In this document: piece by piece, positions 12,342-26,139 of the stretch
How positions within the stretch are numbered: the first letter of the stretch is position 1
How the letters are laid out: each line of letters opens with the position of its first letter
Assembly (NCBI RefSeq): GCF_030028105.1
Contig: NC_092384.1
Coordinates: 12,550,316 to 12,614,315 of the forward strand
Direction of reading: 5' to 3'
DNA from: Mobula birostris
Taxonomy: Eukaryota
Length of the DNA: 64,000 nt
Made by a program: the position numbers and the translations under genes
The notes under the pieces: generated by a model
What the model was told of the DNA's origin: nothing
The model's input: only the letters and a program-made list of their open reading frames with translations
Database searches by the model: none

Positions 12342-12764
12342 CCTTTTTATCAAGCTATTTTAACAATCCAAGCATTATAATGTAAAAGTTGCACTGATTA
12401 AATTTGCTAGAGTCTTTATTGACATTCTGAATCTCTTCAAATTGCTTATGAAATATAGGTGCTGACATATGTTTTGTTATTTCATTAATATGATGGGCTG
12501 AGTGCAAGGTTGTTGTTGTGACAGCACTCCGACAGCTGATTACCTCACTTATGTATGCCTCCTCATCACCATCTCTCTCCTCAGGGATTCACTGACTGCA
12601 TGCACCGCTTACAGTATCTCTCATACAGTGTTAGCAAAACTACTTTTTTTCACACTGTATTTCTGGGAACTGAATGTGCGCTCACTGGCTGCTGTATTTT
12701 CCACAATACAATGGGAAGCCCATATCAGAAGTGTTTCATAAACACAAGTTATTCTCCAGATGCA

Positions 12765-14335
12765 AATCCAAAGCAACACACACAAAATGTTGGAGGAACT
12801 CAGCAGGTCAGGCTGCATCTATGGAAATTAATCAGTTTCAATTAATCATGATTTAGCCAGGACCCTTCACCAGGACTGGAAAGGAAGAGGGGAAAGAGTA
12901 AGAAGAGGAGGAAGTACGGTGTAGGTGGTGATAGGTGAATCCAGGTGGGTGGGGAAGGGGTGATAAAGTGCAGACATCCTACCCAATCAAAAACTCATTT
13001 CAGAGAGGTAGCAGCCCCGCCCCCCGCAACCCCATATTCCCCCTCACCCCCGGGTGGACTACCAAGGGTGTGTGTAATACTTTGTTTAGTGATTTTGTCT
13101 AATCTGTAAACCAAGTTGGGTATATGCAGAAAATGTGACATTAAAATATGTAAGTATATTATATTATATTATCATGTTTATTCTATTACAACTTTAAGCA
13201 AGTCTACAGGGAGTTTGGCATCATCACGTGGGACATCAATAGAGTAGCTCCTTAGCAGCCAGCCAGCTGCTAATAACGCTAATGAACGAATGACACCTGT
13301 TAAACTCACCTCAAAATGTCTTTTACATTTTAACCCACCATGGGCAATAGAAAAGTCACTGTTGCAAACAGTGCAGCGAGCAACACTCATTATTTTTGAG
13401 GTCGACTGTAAAGCCCGCCCACAAAGAAATCTGATAGGTCTACTTAGCATGAAAAGAGACCAATCAGGATGCTGGCTCTCGCTCTCCCTCTCCCTCTCAA
13501 AAAATCGATTTGCGGGATATTGTGTATAATTTCCAGGCATCAGGGAGCCACCATCGATATGCAGGAGACTCCCGGAACTTCTGTGAGAGGTGGGATGTCT
13601 GTAAAGTGAGAAATTGGGAGGTGATAGGTGGAGAAGGTAAAGGGCTAAAGAAGAAGGAATCTAGTGGACCATGGGAGAAAGGTGAGGAGGAGGGGCACCA
13701 GGGGGGAGTAATAGGCAAGTGGGGAGTAGAGAAAAGGTAAATGGAGAGGCAAAGTACGGAACTGAATAGATTGCAGAAGGACAAGAGGGAAAAACTACCA
13801 GAAGTTCAAGAAATAAATGTTCATGCATCCCATTCCTCCTTTCATCAGCATAGAGGCCAACCAGATGGAACATAAAGTGTTGCACCTCCAACATTAGAGT
13901 GACCTCATCATGGCAGTAGAGGAGGCCATCGATCAATGTACCAGAATAGGAATGGGGACTGGAATTAAAATTGTTGGCCACAGGGAAATCCTGCCTTTCA
14001 TGGATGGAGCAAATGCAGACCCCAATCTATGCTGGGTCTACCAATGTAGATGAGGCTTCATCAAGAGCACCAGATGTAATAGAGGATCCTAACAAATATG
14101 CAGATGAAGCGTTGCCTTACCTGGAAGACTGTTTAAAGCTCTGAATGGAAATGAGGGATGAGGTGAATGCATGGGTGTGGCACTTTTTCCATTTGTGGGG
14201 TTAAGTGCTGGGAAGGAGATAATGGGGGGGCAATGCATGGACAAAGGAATCACAGGGAGAAAACCTTGTAGATAGCGAAGAGTGGGGAGGCGGGCAGGTA
14301 GATAAAGATGTGTTTGGTGGCAGGATCCCATTGAA
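12765..14335 (-). mobile_element. Penelope-like element 3' part with a GIY-YIG endonuclease relic, interrupted by a DNA transposon
   Basis: The minus strand at about 14040-14130 reads QVRQRFICIFVRILYYIWCS**SLIYIG, a GIY-YIG-like 'VIYCIxCxxCxLxYIG' motif. It is followed by (A)NNFNS and the family terminus at 12765-12890. Confidence 0.7.
12971..13601 (-). mobile_element. Non-autonomous hAT-like DNA transposon (631 bp)
   Basis: 13-bp TIRs CAGACATCC(T/C)ACC at both ends and a 7-bp flanking duplication TAAAGTG (12964-12970 and 13602-13608). A minus-strand relic ARCTVCNSDFSIAHGG..CKRH resembles a BED-type zinc finger at a transposase N-terminus. Confidence 0.8.
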
Positions 14336-14344
14336 GATGGTAGA

Positions 14345-16680
14345 AGTTGTGCAGAATGATGTGCTGGATACAGAGGGTCTGTGGATAGATTCCAGGGGCT
14401 GAACAGTGGCTGGGAAGTGCACCAAAAATTACAAGAGGAAAAAGAAAAGGTGTGTCAAAAGGGCAATGTTATGATAGTCATGGGAAATTTTAACATGCAG
14501 GTCGATTGGGAAAATCAGATTGGTAATGGATCTCAAGAGAGTGAGTTTGTTGAATGCCTAAGAGATAGCTTTTTTAGAGCAGTTTGTCATTGATCCTACT
14601 AGGGGATCAGCTATACTGGATTGGGTGTTATGTAATGAACCGGAGGTGATTAGGGAGCTTAAGGTAGAAGAACTCTTGGGAACCAGTGATCACAATATGA
14701 GTTCAACTTGAAATTTGATAGGGAGATAGTGGTATGAGAGAGGAGTTGGCCAAAGTAAATTGGAAGGGGTTGCTGGCAGGGATGTCAGCAGAGCAGCAAT
14801 GGCATTTGTTTCTGGGAAAGTGAGGAAGGTGCAGAACATGTGTATTCCAAAAGTGAAGAAATACTCATATGGCAAGATAGTACCATTGTGTCTGGCAAGG
14901 GAAGTCAAATCTAACGTAAAAACAAAAGAGAGAACATACAACAAAGAAAAAATAGTGGGAAGATAGGGGATTGGGGTTTTTAAAACTCTACAGGGAGCAA
15001 CTAAAAAAATCATTAGAAGGGAAAAGATGAACTATGAAAGCAAGCTAGCAAATAATATCAAAGTGGATAGTAAAAGCTCTTTCATGTATGTAAAAAATAA
15101 AAGAGAGATGAGAGTGGATATAGGACCACTAGAAAATGAGGCAGGAGAAATAATAACGGGAGACAAGGGGATGGCAGATGAACTAAATGAATATTTTGCA
15201 TCAGTCTTCACTGTGGAAGATGCTAGCAGTGTGTCAGATGTAGTGTGTGAAGGAAGAGAAGTGGGTGCAGTTACTATTACAAGGGAGAAGGTGCTGAAAA
15301 AGCTCAAAGACCTAAAAGTACATAAGTCACTCAGACCAGATGAACTGCACCCGAGGGTTCTGAAAGAGCTAGCATTAGAGATTGTGGCAGCATTAGAAAT
15401 GATCTTTCAAAAATCATTGGACTCTCACATGGTGCCAGAGGATTGGGAAATTGCAAATGTCACTCCACTCTTTAAGAAAGGAGGAAGGCAGCATAAAGGA
15501 AATTATAGACCAGTTAGCCTGACCTCAGTGGTTCAGAAGATATTAGAGTCAATTGTTATGGAGAAGGTTATGGAGTACTTGGTGACACAGGACAAGATAG
15601 GATAAACTCAGCATGATTTCCTTCAGGGAAAATCCTGCCTGACGAACCTTTTGGAATTCCTTGAGGAGATTACAGGTAGGATAGATAAAAGGGATGCAGT
15701 GGACATTGTATATTTGGACTTTCAGAAGGCCTTTGACAATGTGCCACACATGAGGCTCCTTATCAAGATAGGAGCCTGTGGTAGTACAGGAAAGTTACTA
15801 AGATGGTTAGAGCGTTGTTTGATTGGAAGAAGGCAGTGAGTGGGAATAAAAGGATCCTTGTCTGGTTGGTTGCTAGTGACTAGTGGTTTTCCTCAGGGAT
15901 CAGTGTTGGGACCACTTCTTTTTATGCTGTCTATAAATGATTTAGATGATGAAATAGATGGCTTTGCTGCTAAGTTTGCAGATGATATGAAGATTGGTGG
16001 GAGGGGCAGGTAGTGTTGAGGAAACAGGTAGGATGCAGAAGGATGGACAGATTAGGAGAACAGGAAATTATGAGTTGGGCAAGAAAGTGGCAAATGAAAT
16101 ATAATGTTGGAGAATGCATGGTCATGCACTTTGGTAGTAGAAATAAATGAACAGATTGTTTTCTAAACGGGGAGAAAATCCAAACATCTGAGATGCAAAG
16201 GGACTTGGGAATCCTTGTGCAGAACACCCTAAAGAGGAGATTTACAAGGATGTTGCCTGGATTGGGGAACATGCCTTATGAGAATAGGTTGAGGGAACTT
16301 GGCCTTTTTTCCTTGGAGCGATGGCGGATGAGAGGTGACCTGATAGAGGTGTACAAGATAATGAGGGGCAATGATCGTGTGGAGAGTCAGAGGCTTTTTC
16401 CCAGGGCTGAAATGGCTAGCACGAGAGGGCACAGTTTTAAGGTGATTGGTAGTAGGTATAGAGGAGATGTCAGGGGTAAGATTTTGCCTGTGTGGAAAGG
16501 GGTGCCGGTGGCAGTGGTGGAGGCGGAAACAATAGGGTCTTTTAAGAGACACCTGGATGGATACATGGAGCTTAGAAAAATAGAGGGCCATGGGTAAGCC
16601 TCGATAGTTCTAAGGTAAGGACATGTTTGGCACAGCTTTGTGGGCCAAAGGGCCTGTATTGTGCTGTAGGTTTTCTATGT
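14345..16680 (+). mobile_element. CR1 LINE (end of APE domain, RT, 3' tail), decayed with deletions
   Basis: Carries GNFNMQVDW, GTSDHN-like, [23 protein letters not shown] and a 3' tail at about 16670. Confidence 0.9.
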
Positions 16681-16689
16681 TTTTGTGTT

Positions 16690-17375
16690 TCTATATAGGA
16701 TAACTTGCAGGTTGATTCAGTGGTGAGAAAGACAAATGCATTCATTTCAAGAGGTCTAGGATACAAAAGTAAGGATGTAATGCTGAAGTTTTATAAGGCA
16801 CTGGTGAGGCCTCACCTTGAGTATTGTGTACAGTTTTGGGCTCCTCATCTTAGAAGAGATGAGCTGTCATTGGAGAGGGTCCAGAGGAGGTTCACAAGGA
16901 TGATTCCAGGAATGAAAGGGTTATCATACAAGGAACATTTGATGGCTCTGGGTCTGTACTTGTCAAAATTTAGAAGGATGAGGGGGATCTCATTGAAACC
17001 TTTTCAATGTTGAAAGAATTAGACAGAGTATATGTGGAAAAGATGTTTCCCATGGTGGGAGAGTCTGGGGCAAGGGGGCACAGCCTCAGGATAGAGTTGC
17101 GTCCATTCAAAACAGAGATGCGGAGAAATTTCTTTATCCAGAAGGTGGTGAACTTGTGGAATTTGTTGCCACATGCAGCAGTGGAGGCTAGGTTGTTGGG
17201 TGTATTTAAGGTAGAGATTGATAGGTTCTTGATTGGATATGGCATAAAAGGTTATGGGGAGAAGGCCAGGAAATAGGATTGAGGAGTAAGAAAGTATCAG
17301 TCATGATTGAATGGTGGAGCAGACTGGATGGATCAAATGGCCTAATTCTGCTCCTATGTCTCATGGTCTTATGGT
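16690..17375 (+). mobile_element. CR1 LINE 3' portion
   Basis: Carries [15 protein letters not shown] and RGHSLRI, ending in a (tcttatgg)n tail. Confidence 0.9.
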
Positions 17376-17875
17376 CTATACTCTATTCCCCTTGAAATTA
17401 ATGCCAACTTTCCAATTGCCTTCTTTACCACAGACTCACCCTGTAAATTAACCTTCTGGGAGTCTTGCATGAGGACTCTTGTCCCTCTGCATCTCTGATG
17501 TTTGAACCTTCTCCCCATTTAGGTAATAGTCTGCACTTTTGCACCTTTTACAAAAATGCATGCTCATACATTTCCCAACACTGTATTTCTTTTTTGCCCA
17601 TTCTTCCAATTTGTCTAAGTCCTGCTGCAATTGCACTGCATCCTCAACACTGCCTACTCCTTCACCTATCTTTGTATCATCCACAAACTTTGCCACAAAG
17701 CCATCAATTCCATTATCCAAATCACTGACAAACAATATGAAAAGTATTGGTCCCAATACTGACCCCTGAGGAACAATACTAGTCATTGGCAGCCAACCAG
17801 AAAAGGCCCCTTTTATTCCCACTCACTGCCTCCTGCTGTCAGCCATTCTGCTATCCATGCCAGTATCTTTCCTGT
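17376..17875 (-). mobile_element. CR1 RT fragment, tail-to-tail with the previous copy
   Basis: ORF 17448..17822 carries VPQGSVLGP and KFVDDTK. Confidence 0.85.
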
Positions 17876-18409
17876 AATGGATTTTATCTTGTTAAGCTGC
17901 CTAATGTGTTGGTGAGTTCTCTTGCAACCCAATGTATTTTATTTTCTATTTTTAAATACACTATTCAGGGAAGGGGTCCATAGGCTTCACCAGACTGCCA
18001 AAGAGATCCATGGCATAAAAAGGTTATGAACCCCTGCTGTAGAAGGAGGGTTCTAGAATTTTGAAAGATGATCACAGAATCTAGTAAGATTCCAGTCTTA
18101 GACTCTGGAAAAAATGATTTGGTGTTTCATCCTGATGCAGTCTGCCATGTCCTTGTTCTGCCAATGTGTAATCATAGCTATGAGGAGCTTCTGAGAGAGT
18201 GCCATAGGGCAGCTCTAGTGGATCTGTTGTCTCACAACTTCAGTGACCTGTTCAATACCGAGTTCTGGTGCTGTTTGCATTGAGTCTGTGCACTTTCTCT
18301 GTAACCAAACTCCACATGCGTTTCCTCCTACATCTCATACAGGTTGGTGGGTAATCTGGCCACTGTAAGTTACCCCTTAGTGTGTGGGTGAGTGAAAAAT
18401 ATGGGATGG

Positions 18410-19870
18410 ATTCAAAAGTAAAGTAAAATTTATTATCAGACTACATAAATGTCACCACATATAACCCTGAGACTTTTTTTCCTGTGGGCATACTAAGCAA
18501 TTCTATAGAATAGTAACTGTAAGCAGGATCAATGAAAGAACAAGAACGTAGAAGAAAAACTGTGCAAATACAAATACAAATAATTAGTAATAAATAACAA
18601 GAGCATGAAATAACAAGATATGAGTCCTAAAAGTGAGATTATTAGTTGTGGGAACATCTCAATAAATGAGTGTAATTATCTTCTTTTGTTCAAGAGCCTG
18701 ATGGTTGAGAAGTAGTAACTGTTTTTGAACTTGGTGGTGCGAGTCCGAGGCACCTGTACCTTCTATCTGATGGTAGCACTGCGAAAAGAGCATGGCCTGG
18801 GTGGTGAGGATCTTTGATGATGGATGCTACTTTCCCACACCAGTGTTTTATTTATATGTGCACAATGGTTGGGAGGACCTGTGATGTACTGGGCCGATAC
18901 ACTACCTTTTGTAGGATTTTCCACTAAAAGGAAAGGTGTTCCCATACCAGGTCATAATGCATCCAATCAACACACTTTCCACTACACACCTATAGAAGCT
19001 TGTCATGGTTTTTGATGTCATGTCGAATCTCCACAAACCTCTAAGGAAGTAGAGCCACTGTTGTACTTTTTTGCAATTATATTTATATGATGGGTCCAGG
19101 ACAAATCCTCTGTGATAGTAACACCTTGGAATTTACTGACCCTCTCCACCTCTGATCCTCTGCTGAGGACTGGCTTATGGACCTCTGGTTTCCCTTTCCT
19201 GAAGTCTACAATCAGTTCCTTGGTCTTGCTGACATTAAGTGGAATGTAGAGGTGAAGGTGAATCAGGAGTGCTCTGTGCGAGTGGGTTGAATTGTCTTCC
19301 TTTATGTTATAAGAAAATATGGAAATATGGACACTCTGGGATTCTACTACATTAGATTGGCCTAGAGAGGCTGATTGTATCATTGTTTTCTGCATTCTCA
19401 TCAGCAATAGCCTTCATCCCCTGCATGGTTGCAGGATTACAGGAAGCCAGTAGATGGCGACAAAAGAGAAGAGTTCAGGATTTGTTTTTGTCCGCTTTAG
19501 TTTACTTGAGGAGCCTGTTAGGGCATGAACAGAGACTCCATGTCTGAACCTCACCTTCATTTGGGTGTTGAATCACAGAGATATCCAGGCAGTGCCTGGA
19601 AATGACCATCAACTCCAATGGTGTTACCACTATTTTATCTTTGACATTTAATGCAGAGACATCCAATGGTAACTTTGAAGATTGCCATTGTCTATGAAAT
19701 GCTCTAGGCCAGGCACTAAGCTGTCTTGACCCTGGCAGTATGTGTGTTTAAGGTTTTCTTCTTTCTGCCAGACTTTGGGGAGGAGAGTGTAGAGTGAATG
19801 TCTGGGGTGAGTGGTGTCTTTGATTATGCTGGCTGTTTTACTGAGGCAGCAAGAAGTGCAGCTAAAGTCC
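18410..19870. mobile_element. Cluster of Rex-Babar/L2-type LINE fragments and tails
   Basis: The minus strand encodes LNVSKTKELIVDFRK, VERVSKF, ITEDLSWTHHI and IIKDTTHPRHSL, typical Rex1/Babar RT C-terminal motifs. Confidence 0.7.
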
Positions 19871-20227
19871 ATCAAAGGGTGTGTCTGGGTGGGAGTATTT
19901 GCTCACAGGGTGTGTGCGAAGAGTCTAGTGCAGTAGTGTAGTAGTGCTTGTAGTTAGTGCATGCTGCATGCTGTATCCCGCATAGTGCTCTCTGCTTGCT
20001 ACTCTCTGCTTACAGCTATTGCCGCTGGCTAGCCTGCTTAATAGAGGGTGAACAGGAGAGCCTAGTGTGTAAGCTTCTTCCTGCCAGTACAGAGTCTCTC
20101 CACCACCAAGGCTCCTGCAGTACCTCCTCGGGGCCACACATGGAAACTGGATATCTTACGGTCTCAGGCTAAACTACAGGTGATCTCAGAGCAGCAGTGG
20201 GCCCCAGAGACGTGGCGTGCAGGCCCA

Positions 20228-22675
20228 CCATAGAACCATAGAAACTACAGCACGGAAACAGGCCTTTTGGCTCTTCTTGGCTGTGCCAAACCATTTTCTG
20301 CCTAGTCCCACTGACCTGCACACGGACCATATCCCTCCATACACCTCCCATCCATGTATCTGTCCAACTTATTCTTAAATGTTAAAAAAGAACCCGCATT
20401 TACCACCTCGTCTGGCAGCTTATTCCATACTCCCACCACTCTCTGTGTGAAGAAGTCCCCCCTAATATTCCCTTTAAACTCTCCCCCCCCATGTCCTCTG
20501 GTTTTTTTCTCCCCTTGCCTCAGTGGAAAAAGCCTGCTTGCATTCACTCTATCTATACCCATCATAATTTTATATACCTCTATCAAATCTCCCCTCATTC
20601 TTCTACACTCCAGAGAATAAAGTCCTAACCTATTCAACCTTTATCTGTAACTGAGATTCTCAAGTCCTGGCAACATCCTTGTAAACCTTCTCTGCACTCT
20701 TTCAACCTTATTTATATCCTTCCTGTAACTTGGTGACCAAAATTGAACACAATACTCCAGATTCGGCCTCACCTCATCAACCTCTTCATAACATTCCAGC
20801 TCTTATACTCAATACTTTGATTAATAAAGGCCAATGTGCCGAAAGCTCTCTTTACGACCCTATCTACCTGTGACGCCACTTTTAGGGAATTTTGTATCTG
20901 TATTCCCAGATTCCTCTGTTCCACTGCACTCCTCAGTGCCTTACCATTAACCCTGTATGTTCTACCTTGGTTTGTCCTTCCAACATGCAATACCTCACAC
21001 TTGTCTGTATTAAACTCCATCTGCCATTTTTCAGCCCATTTTTCCAGCTGGTCCAAGTCCCTCTGCAGGCTCTGAAAACCTTCCTCACTGTCTACTACAC
21101 CTCCAATCTTTGTTTCATCAGCAAATTTGCTGACCCAATTTGCCACATTATCATCCAGATCATTGATATAGATGACAAATAGCAATGGACCCAGCACTGA
21201 TCCCTGTGGCACACCACTAGTCACAGGCCTCCACTCGGAGAAGCAATTCTCTACTACCACTCTTTGGCTTCTTCCATTGAGCCAATGTCTAATCCAATTT
21301 ACCACCTCTCCATGTATACCTAGCGACTGAATTTTCCTAACTAACCTCCCATGCAGGACCTTGTCAAAGGCCTTACTGAAGTCCATGTAGACAATATCCA
21401 CTGCCTTCCCTTCATCCATTTTCCTGGTAACCTCCTCGAAAAATTCCAATGGATTGGTCAAACATGACCTACCACACACAAAGCCATGTTGACTCTCCCT
21501 AATAAGTCCCTGTCTATCCAAATGCTTGTAGATTCTGTCTCTTAGTACTCCCTCCAATAACTTACCTACTACTGATGTTAAACTTACTGGCCTATAATTT
21601 CCCGGATTACTTTTCGATCCTTTTTTAAACAACAGAACAACATGAGCCACGCTCCAATCCTCCGGCACCTCACCTGTAGACAGCGACATTTTAAATATTT
21701 CTGCCAGGGCTTGTCCATTCCTTGTCCATGATCAAGTTGCAACTAATGGTGTTATGATCACTGGAACCAAAGTGCTCCCCTACACAGACTTCTGTCACTT
21801 GTCCTAACTCATTTCCTAACAGGAGATCCAATATTGCATCCCCTCTAGTTGGTCCCTCTATATATTGATTTAGAAAACTTTCCTGAACACATTTTACAAA
21901 CTCTAAACCATCTAGACCCCTAACAGTATAGGAGACCCAATCAATATATGGAAAATTAAAATCCCCTACCACCACAACTTTATGTTTCCTACAGTTGCCT
22001 GCTATCTCTCTGCAGATTTGCTCTTCCAATTCTCGTTGACTATTGGGTGGTCTGTAATACAATCCCACTAATGTGGCCATACCTTTCCTGTTTCTCAGCT
22101 CCACCCATAAGAAGTCAGTAGACAAGCCCTCTAATCTGTCTGGCCTGAGCACTGCTGTAATATTTTCCCTAACAAGCAATGCTACTCCCCCACCTTTCAT
22201 TCCTCTGCCTCGATCACATCTGAAACATCGGAACCCTGGAATATTAAGCTGCCAGTCCTGCCCCTCCTGTAGCCAAGTTTCACTAATTGCTATAACACCA
22301 TAATTCCACGTGTCAATCCATGCCCTCAACTCAACCGCCTTCCCCGCAATACTCCTAGCATTGAAATATATACACCTCAGAAGATTTTTACCACCACTCA
22401 CAACCTTTCTATTAGCAGATTTGCTTAAACTTTTAACATCATTTATTTTCACCCCAGCCACACTGTCAGCTCTGGCACTCTGGTTCCCATCCCCCTGCAA
22501 ATCTAGTTTAAAGCCTCCCCAATAGCACTAACAAACCTCCCTGAAAGGATATTGGTCCCCCTGTGGTTCAAGTGTAACCCGTCTCTCTTGTACAGGTCCC
22601 ATCTGCCCCAGAAGAGGTCCCAATTATCCTGAAATCTGAAACCCTGCTCCCTACACCAGTTCCTCAGCCACTGTG
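20228..22675 (-). mobile_element. CR1 LINE spanning the ORF1 SGNH-esterase C-terminus, APE, RT and 3' tail, with internal deletions
   Basis: ORF1 end: WCREQGFRF...DGLHLNHRG. APE: YFNARS, ISETWL, GDFNFP, GSSDHN. RT ORF 20769..21689. An internal deletion at about 21715 joins APE to RT. Confidence 0.95.
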
Positions 22676-22949
22676 TGAAGATGCCCTGGCACCCGTCAAC
22701 CACTGTCCCAGCTATGGGCAGATAGCCCCACTGCCTTGTGGTAAGTCTGTTGAGACAAGGTTAAGGGAGCACATCCTGACAGAAAAGCAATGTGCTAGTG
22801 GCGCGCAATAGGTGGGCCTGAACAGACCAAAGACCCGGCAGCCTCCTGCAGCCAAGATGTGGGACTAGTTGTCCTGGGATCACCCTTGCCACCAGGATTT
22901 ACCTCATCATGGTGAAGATAGTGCTACTGGGGATGGCGCACCCCCTGTG

Positions 22950-23480
22950 GCACTTTAAAATCTTCCTTGCGCAGGTCTCCACCTCTGACCAGGGTGAACA
23001 ATACCATCAAAGGGTGGCTGGTTTCCATGATATGACGAGCTGTATCGACAACTGTGCACTTTCTTGTAGTCCCAGGCAGAGCTGTTGTCATGATAAGTCA
23101 TTATATCTCCAGGTATTTATTAATATCTACTGTGGGTGCCCACAGGAAAATGAATCTCAGGGCTGTATATGGTGATATACACACACATATATGTGTGTGT
23201 GTCTATGTATATATATATTTACTTTGAACTTTGAACGCTGAGACAGAATGCTTTCTATGGTATTGTGATAAACATTGATAAGGGTCAAAGGGGACATACT
23301 AAATTCTTTTAGGCTCATGGGGAAGTAGAGATGCTGATGTGCTTTCTTGGGCCTGGTGTCTATGTAGTTGGACCAGGCCAAGTTACTGGTGATGTTCATT
23401 CCAAGGAATTTGAAGCTCACTACCCTCTCAACCTCAGTACCATTAAGATAAACAGGAGTGTATGCACCGTCCCCTTTCCT
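22950..23480 (-). mobile_element. Rex-Babar/L2-type LINE fragments with an embedded (AC/AT) microsatellite
   Basis: ORF 23157..23420 reads FKFLGMNITSNLAWS...KKAHQHLYF. Confidence 0.7.
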
Positions 23481-23869
23481 GAAGTCAATGACCAGTTCCT
23501 TTGGTAAAACTGAGGTGGGAAGAGAGAGAGAGGTAATGGAGCACAGAGTGGTGCAGAAAGAGGCAGAGAAGGTAGAGAAAAAGGGAACTGGAAGACGGAA
23601 GGAGAGTGAAAGGAGAGATTTGGATTCTCCCCATGACTATATGGGTGTTCTTTGCATGCTCTGGTTTCCTCCAGTGTATCAAAGATAAATGGATCAGTGG
23701 GTTTAATATGTGTGAGAAAGTGATAGAATCTGGCGATGGCGTGGATGGGAGAAAAATATGTAATTAATGTAAAGGGATGCTTGGATAACAGTGCAGAGTC
23801 AGTGGGCTGAAGGGCCTTTTCCCTTGCTGTGTGACTCTGTGAATGCAGTCAGTCTCAGAACATCATGCT

Positions 23870-24180
23870 GCCATGGGTGCTACGGTAACGTAGCAGTTAG
23901 CATGATGCTATTACAGCTCAGGGCACTGGAGTCTGGAGTTCATTTTCAGTACCATCTGCAAGAAGTCTTTGTCTGTCAACCCCAGGAAATGTGTGGGAGG
24001 AGGTGCTCCAGTTTCCTACCACAGTTCACAAGTGTACCAGGCCGGGTTAATTGATCATCGTAAATTGCCTCATGATTAGGTCAGGGTAAATCAGGGTTGT
24101 TGGGAATGGCTGAGGTAGTGTGGCTCAAAGGGCTGGAAGGGCCTATTCATTGTATCAATAAATAAGTAAATAAATAAATA
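23870..24180 (+). mobile_element. tRNA-derived V-SINE/HE1-like SINE (decayed)
   Basis: tRNA-like head, V-core 'gtgctccagtttcctaccaca', 'gggttaattg...gtaaattgcc' and a (taaa)n tail. Related pieces lie at about 18290-18410, 23620-23810, 32780-33030, 38380-38570 and 58660-58780. Confidence 0.6.
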
Positions 24181-24544
24181 ACCTTCTTTATTCAGCAGCA
24201 CCCCTCCACTCCATAGAACAACAGCATAAGCATCAAATTAAAAACAGTTTTACATTGCTGCTATCTCTGCCAGATATAGCAATATAAATGCATCAAGGAA
24301 GGAGGAACTTGCTATCATGAGGACAGATACCTTCCTAGAAAGGAAGAATGTATATATTCATACAGTAGATTACAAAAATAGACCTCAGGGTAGTCTAATG
24401 TTGGACTATCCTGACGTCTAACATAATGAATGAATTACTTTCCTTTTGTGGTATCATTGATCTGAAGCAGGTGACTAAGAAGTAGAAGGAAGTAATATGA
24501 CTATTTCCATGTTGAGTTGTTGCAACTGACTCATGTGGGGATTG

Positions 24545-24800
24545 TTTGGACTGGAAGTCACCAATTGGCCGACCCTCCAAATATCCGGACCTGCCTCTCG
24601 GTTTTTTTTTGCACGACTTTACTTCCCATTTTTCTATTTTCTATTTATGATTTATAATTTAAATTTTTAATATTTACTAATTTAAACTATTTTTAATATT
24701 TAATATTTGTAATCCAGGGAGTTGGAAGCGCAGAAGCAAATATCACTGTGATGATTGTACATTCTAATACCAATTGTTTGGCAACAATAAAGTATAAAGT
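24545..24800 (+). mobile_element. LINE 3' UTR/tail fragment
   Basis: AT-rich UTR ending 'caataaagtataaagtaaa', a tandem LINE-type tail. Confidence 0.45.
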
Positions 24801-26139
24801 AAATACAGCTTTTCATTTACTTTCCCCTTTCAATAAACAGAAAGCCCACCAACTTATACTTCCTTCCCCTCTCTCCAAATTCTTATTCTAGTTTCTGCCC
24901 TTTTCCTTTGCAGACCAGATGGAGGGTTTCAGTCTGAAATATTGACTCTTTATTCCCCTCCATAGATGCTGCCTGACTATTTGAGATCCTCCAGCATTGT
25001 AGCTGTGTTGCAATAGAAAGCCTAAATTGATTTCATAAGATATGTAGCATAGAGGCAGGCCATTCAGACCAAGCAGTCAATAATTGCATGTAGGTTTCAC
25101 ACAAACTATCTCCTAACATTTCCCTCATATGGGGATAAGACTCTCTAACTTCATTACTCCTATATGCTTCTCCAGCTTGTCTTTCTGTGCTAAATGTCTC
25201 AACTCCTCATGTGAGCAAGTTCCTCCTACCTTCATACATTTATATTTCTATTTTTGACCACAGAAATAAGTTTCTTTTGAATTCTACATTTAATATACAA
25301 ATTTTGCTCCAGAGATTATGAGATTGAGATTAGTTATTTTAAGATAGAAGGATGATGTAGAACAGCAAAAAGAAAAAACATTTCTGAAAGGATAAATTTG
25401 AAATACAGTGAACAAGCTTGCTTGTTCTAGACACACAAGATGCTGGAGGAACTCAGCAAGTTAGGCAGCATCTATGGAGGGAAATAAACAGTTGATGTTT
25501 TAGGCTGAGACCCTTTATTAAGATTGGAAAGGAAGGAGGTAGAAGTTCTGCTTCATAAACTTAATAGTTTCACTAGCAAAGGGTTTTACTTTACATATAT
25601 GCTAATTATCTACATTGTGCCATTATTTCCAGGTTAGTTAATTTATTTTTTTGTAATCTACACCAAGGCGTAATGAAATTCCTTGCTTATATGAAACTTA
25701 CAGAGTACACATGATACATTTATTATCAAACTATGTATATGTCTCCATACACTACTGTGAGACTCATTTTCTTGTAGGCATTTACATGAAAATAAAGAAA
25801 TACAATATAATCCATGAAAAACAAAACTGACAAACGACCAATGCATAAAAGAAGACACATTGTGCAAATAATGAAAGAAATTACAGAGAACATGAGATGC
25901 AGAAACTTTGAAAGTGTGTCTATATCTTGTCGAGTCAGTTCAGCGTTGTGGTGAGTCAGTTATCGATGCTACTTCAGGAGCTTAATGGTTGTAGGATAAG
26001 AACTGTTTCTGAACCTACTGGTGTGGGACCAAGGTGCAAAAATTTCTAGTTCTTCTCAAGAGGGTAATAGTCAAACATGGATACACATTTATATCATTGT
26101 TCAGCAAATTCCCTGCAATTGGTGCTAATAGATTTGTTT

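Noticed and set aside
24274-24421. Acceptor followed by 48 open codons beginning YSNI (possible terminal tail exon)
   Set aside because: It has no upstream partner exons or recognisable homology, and an open frame of this length is expected by chance.
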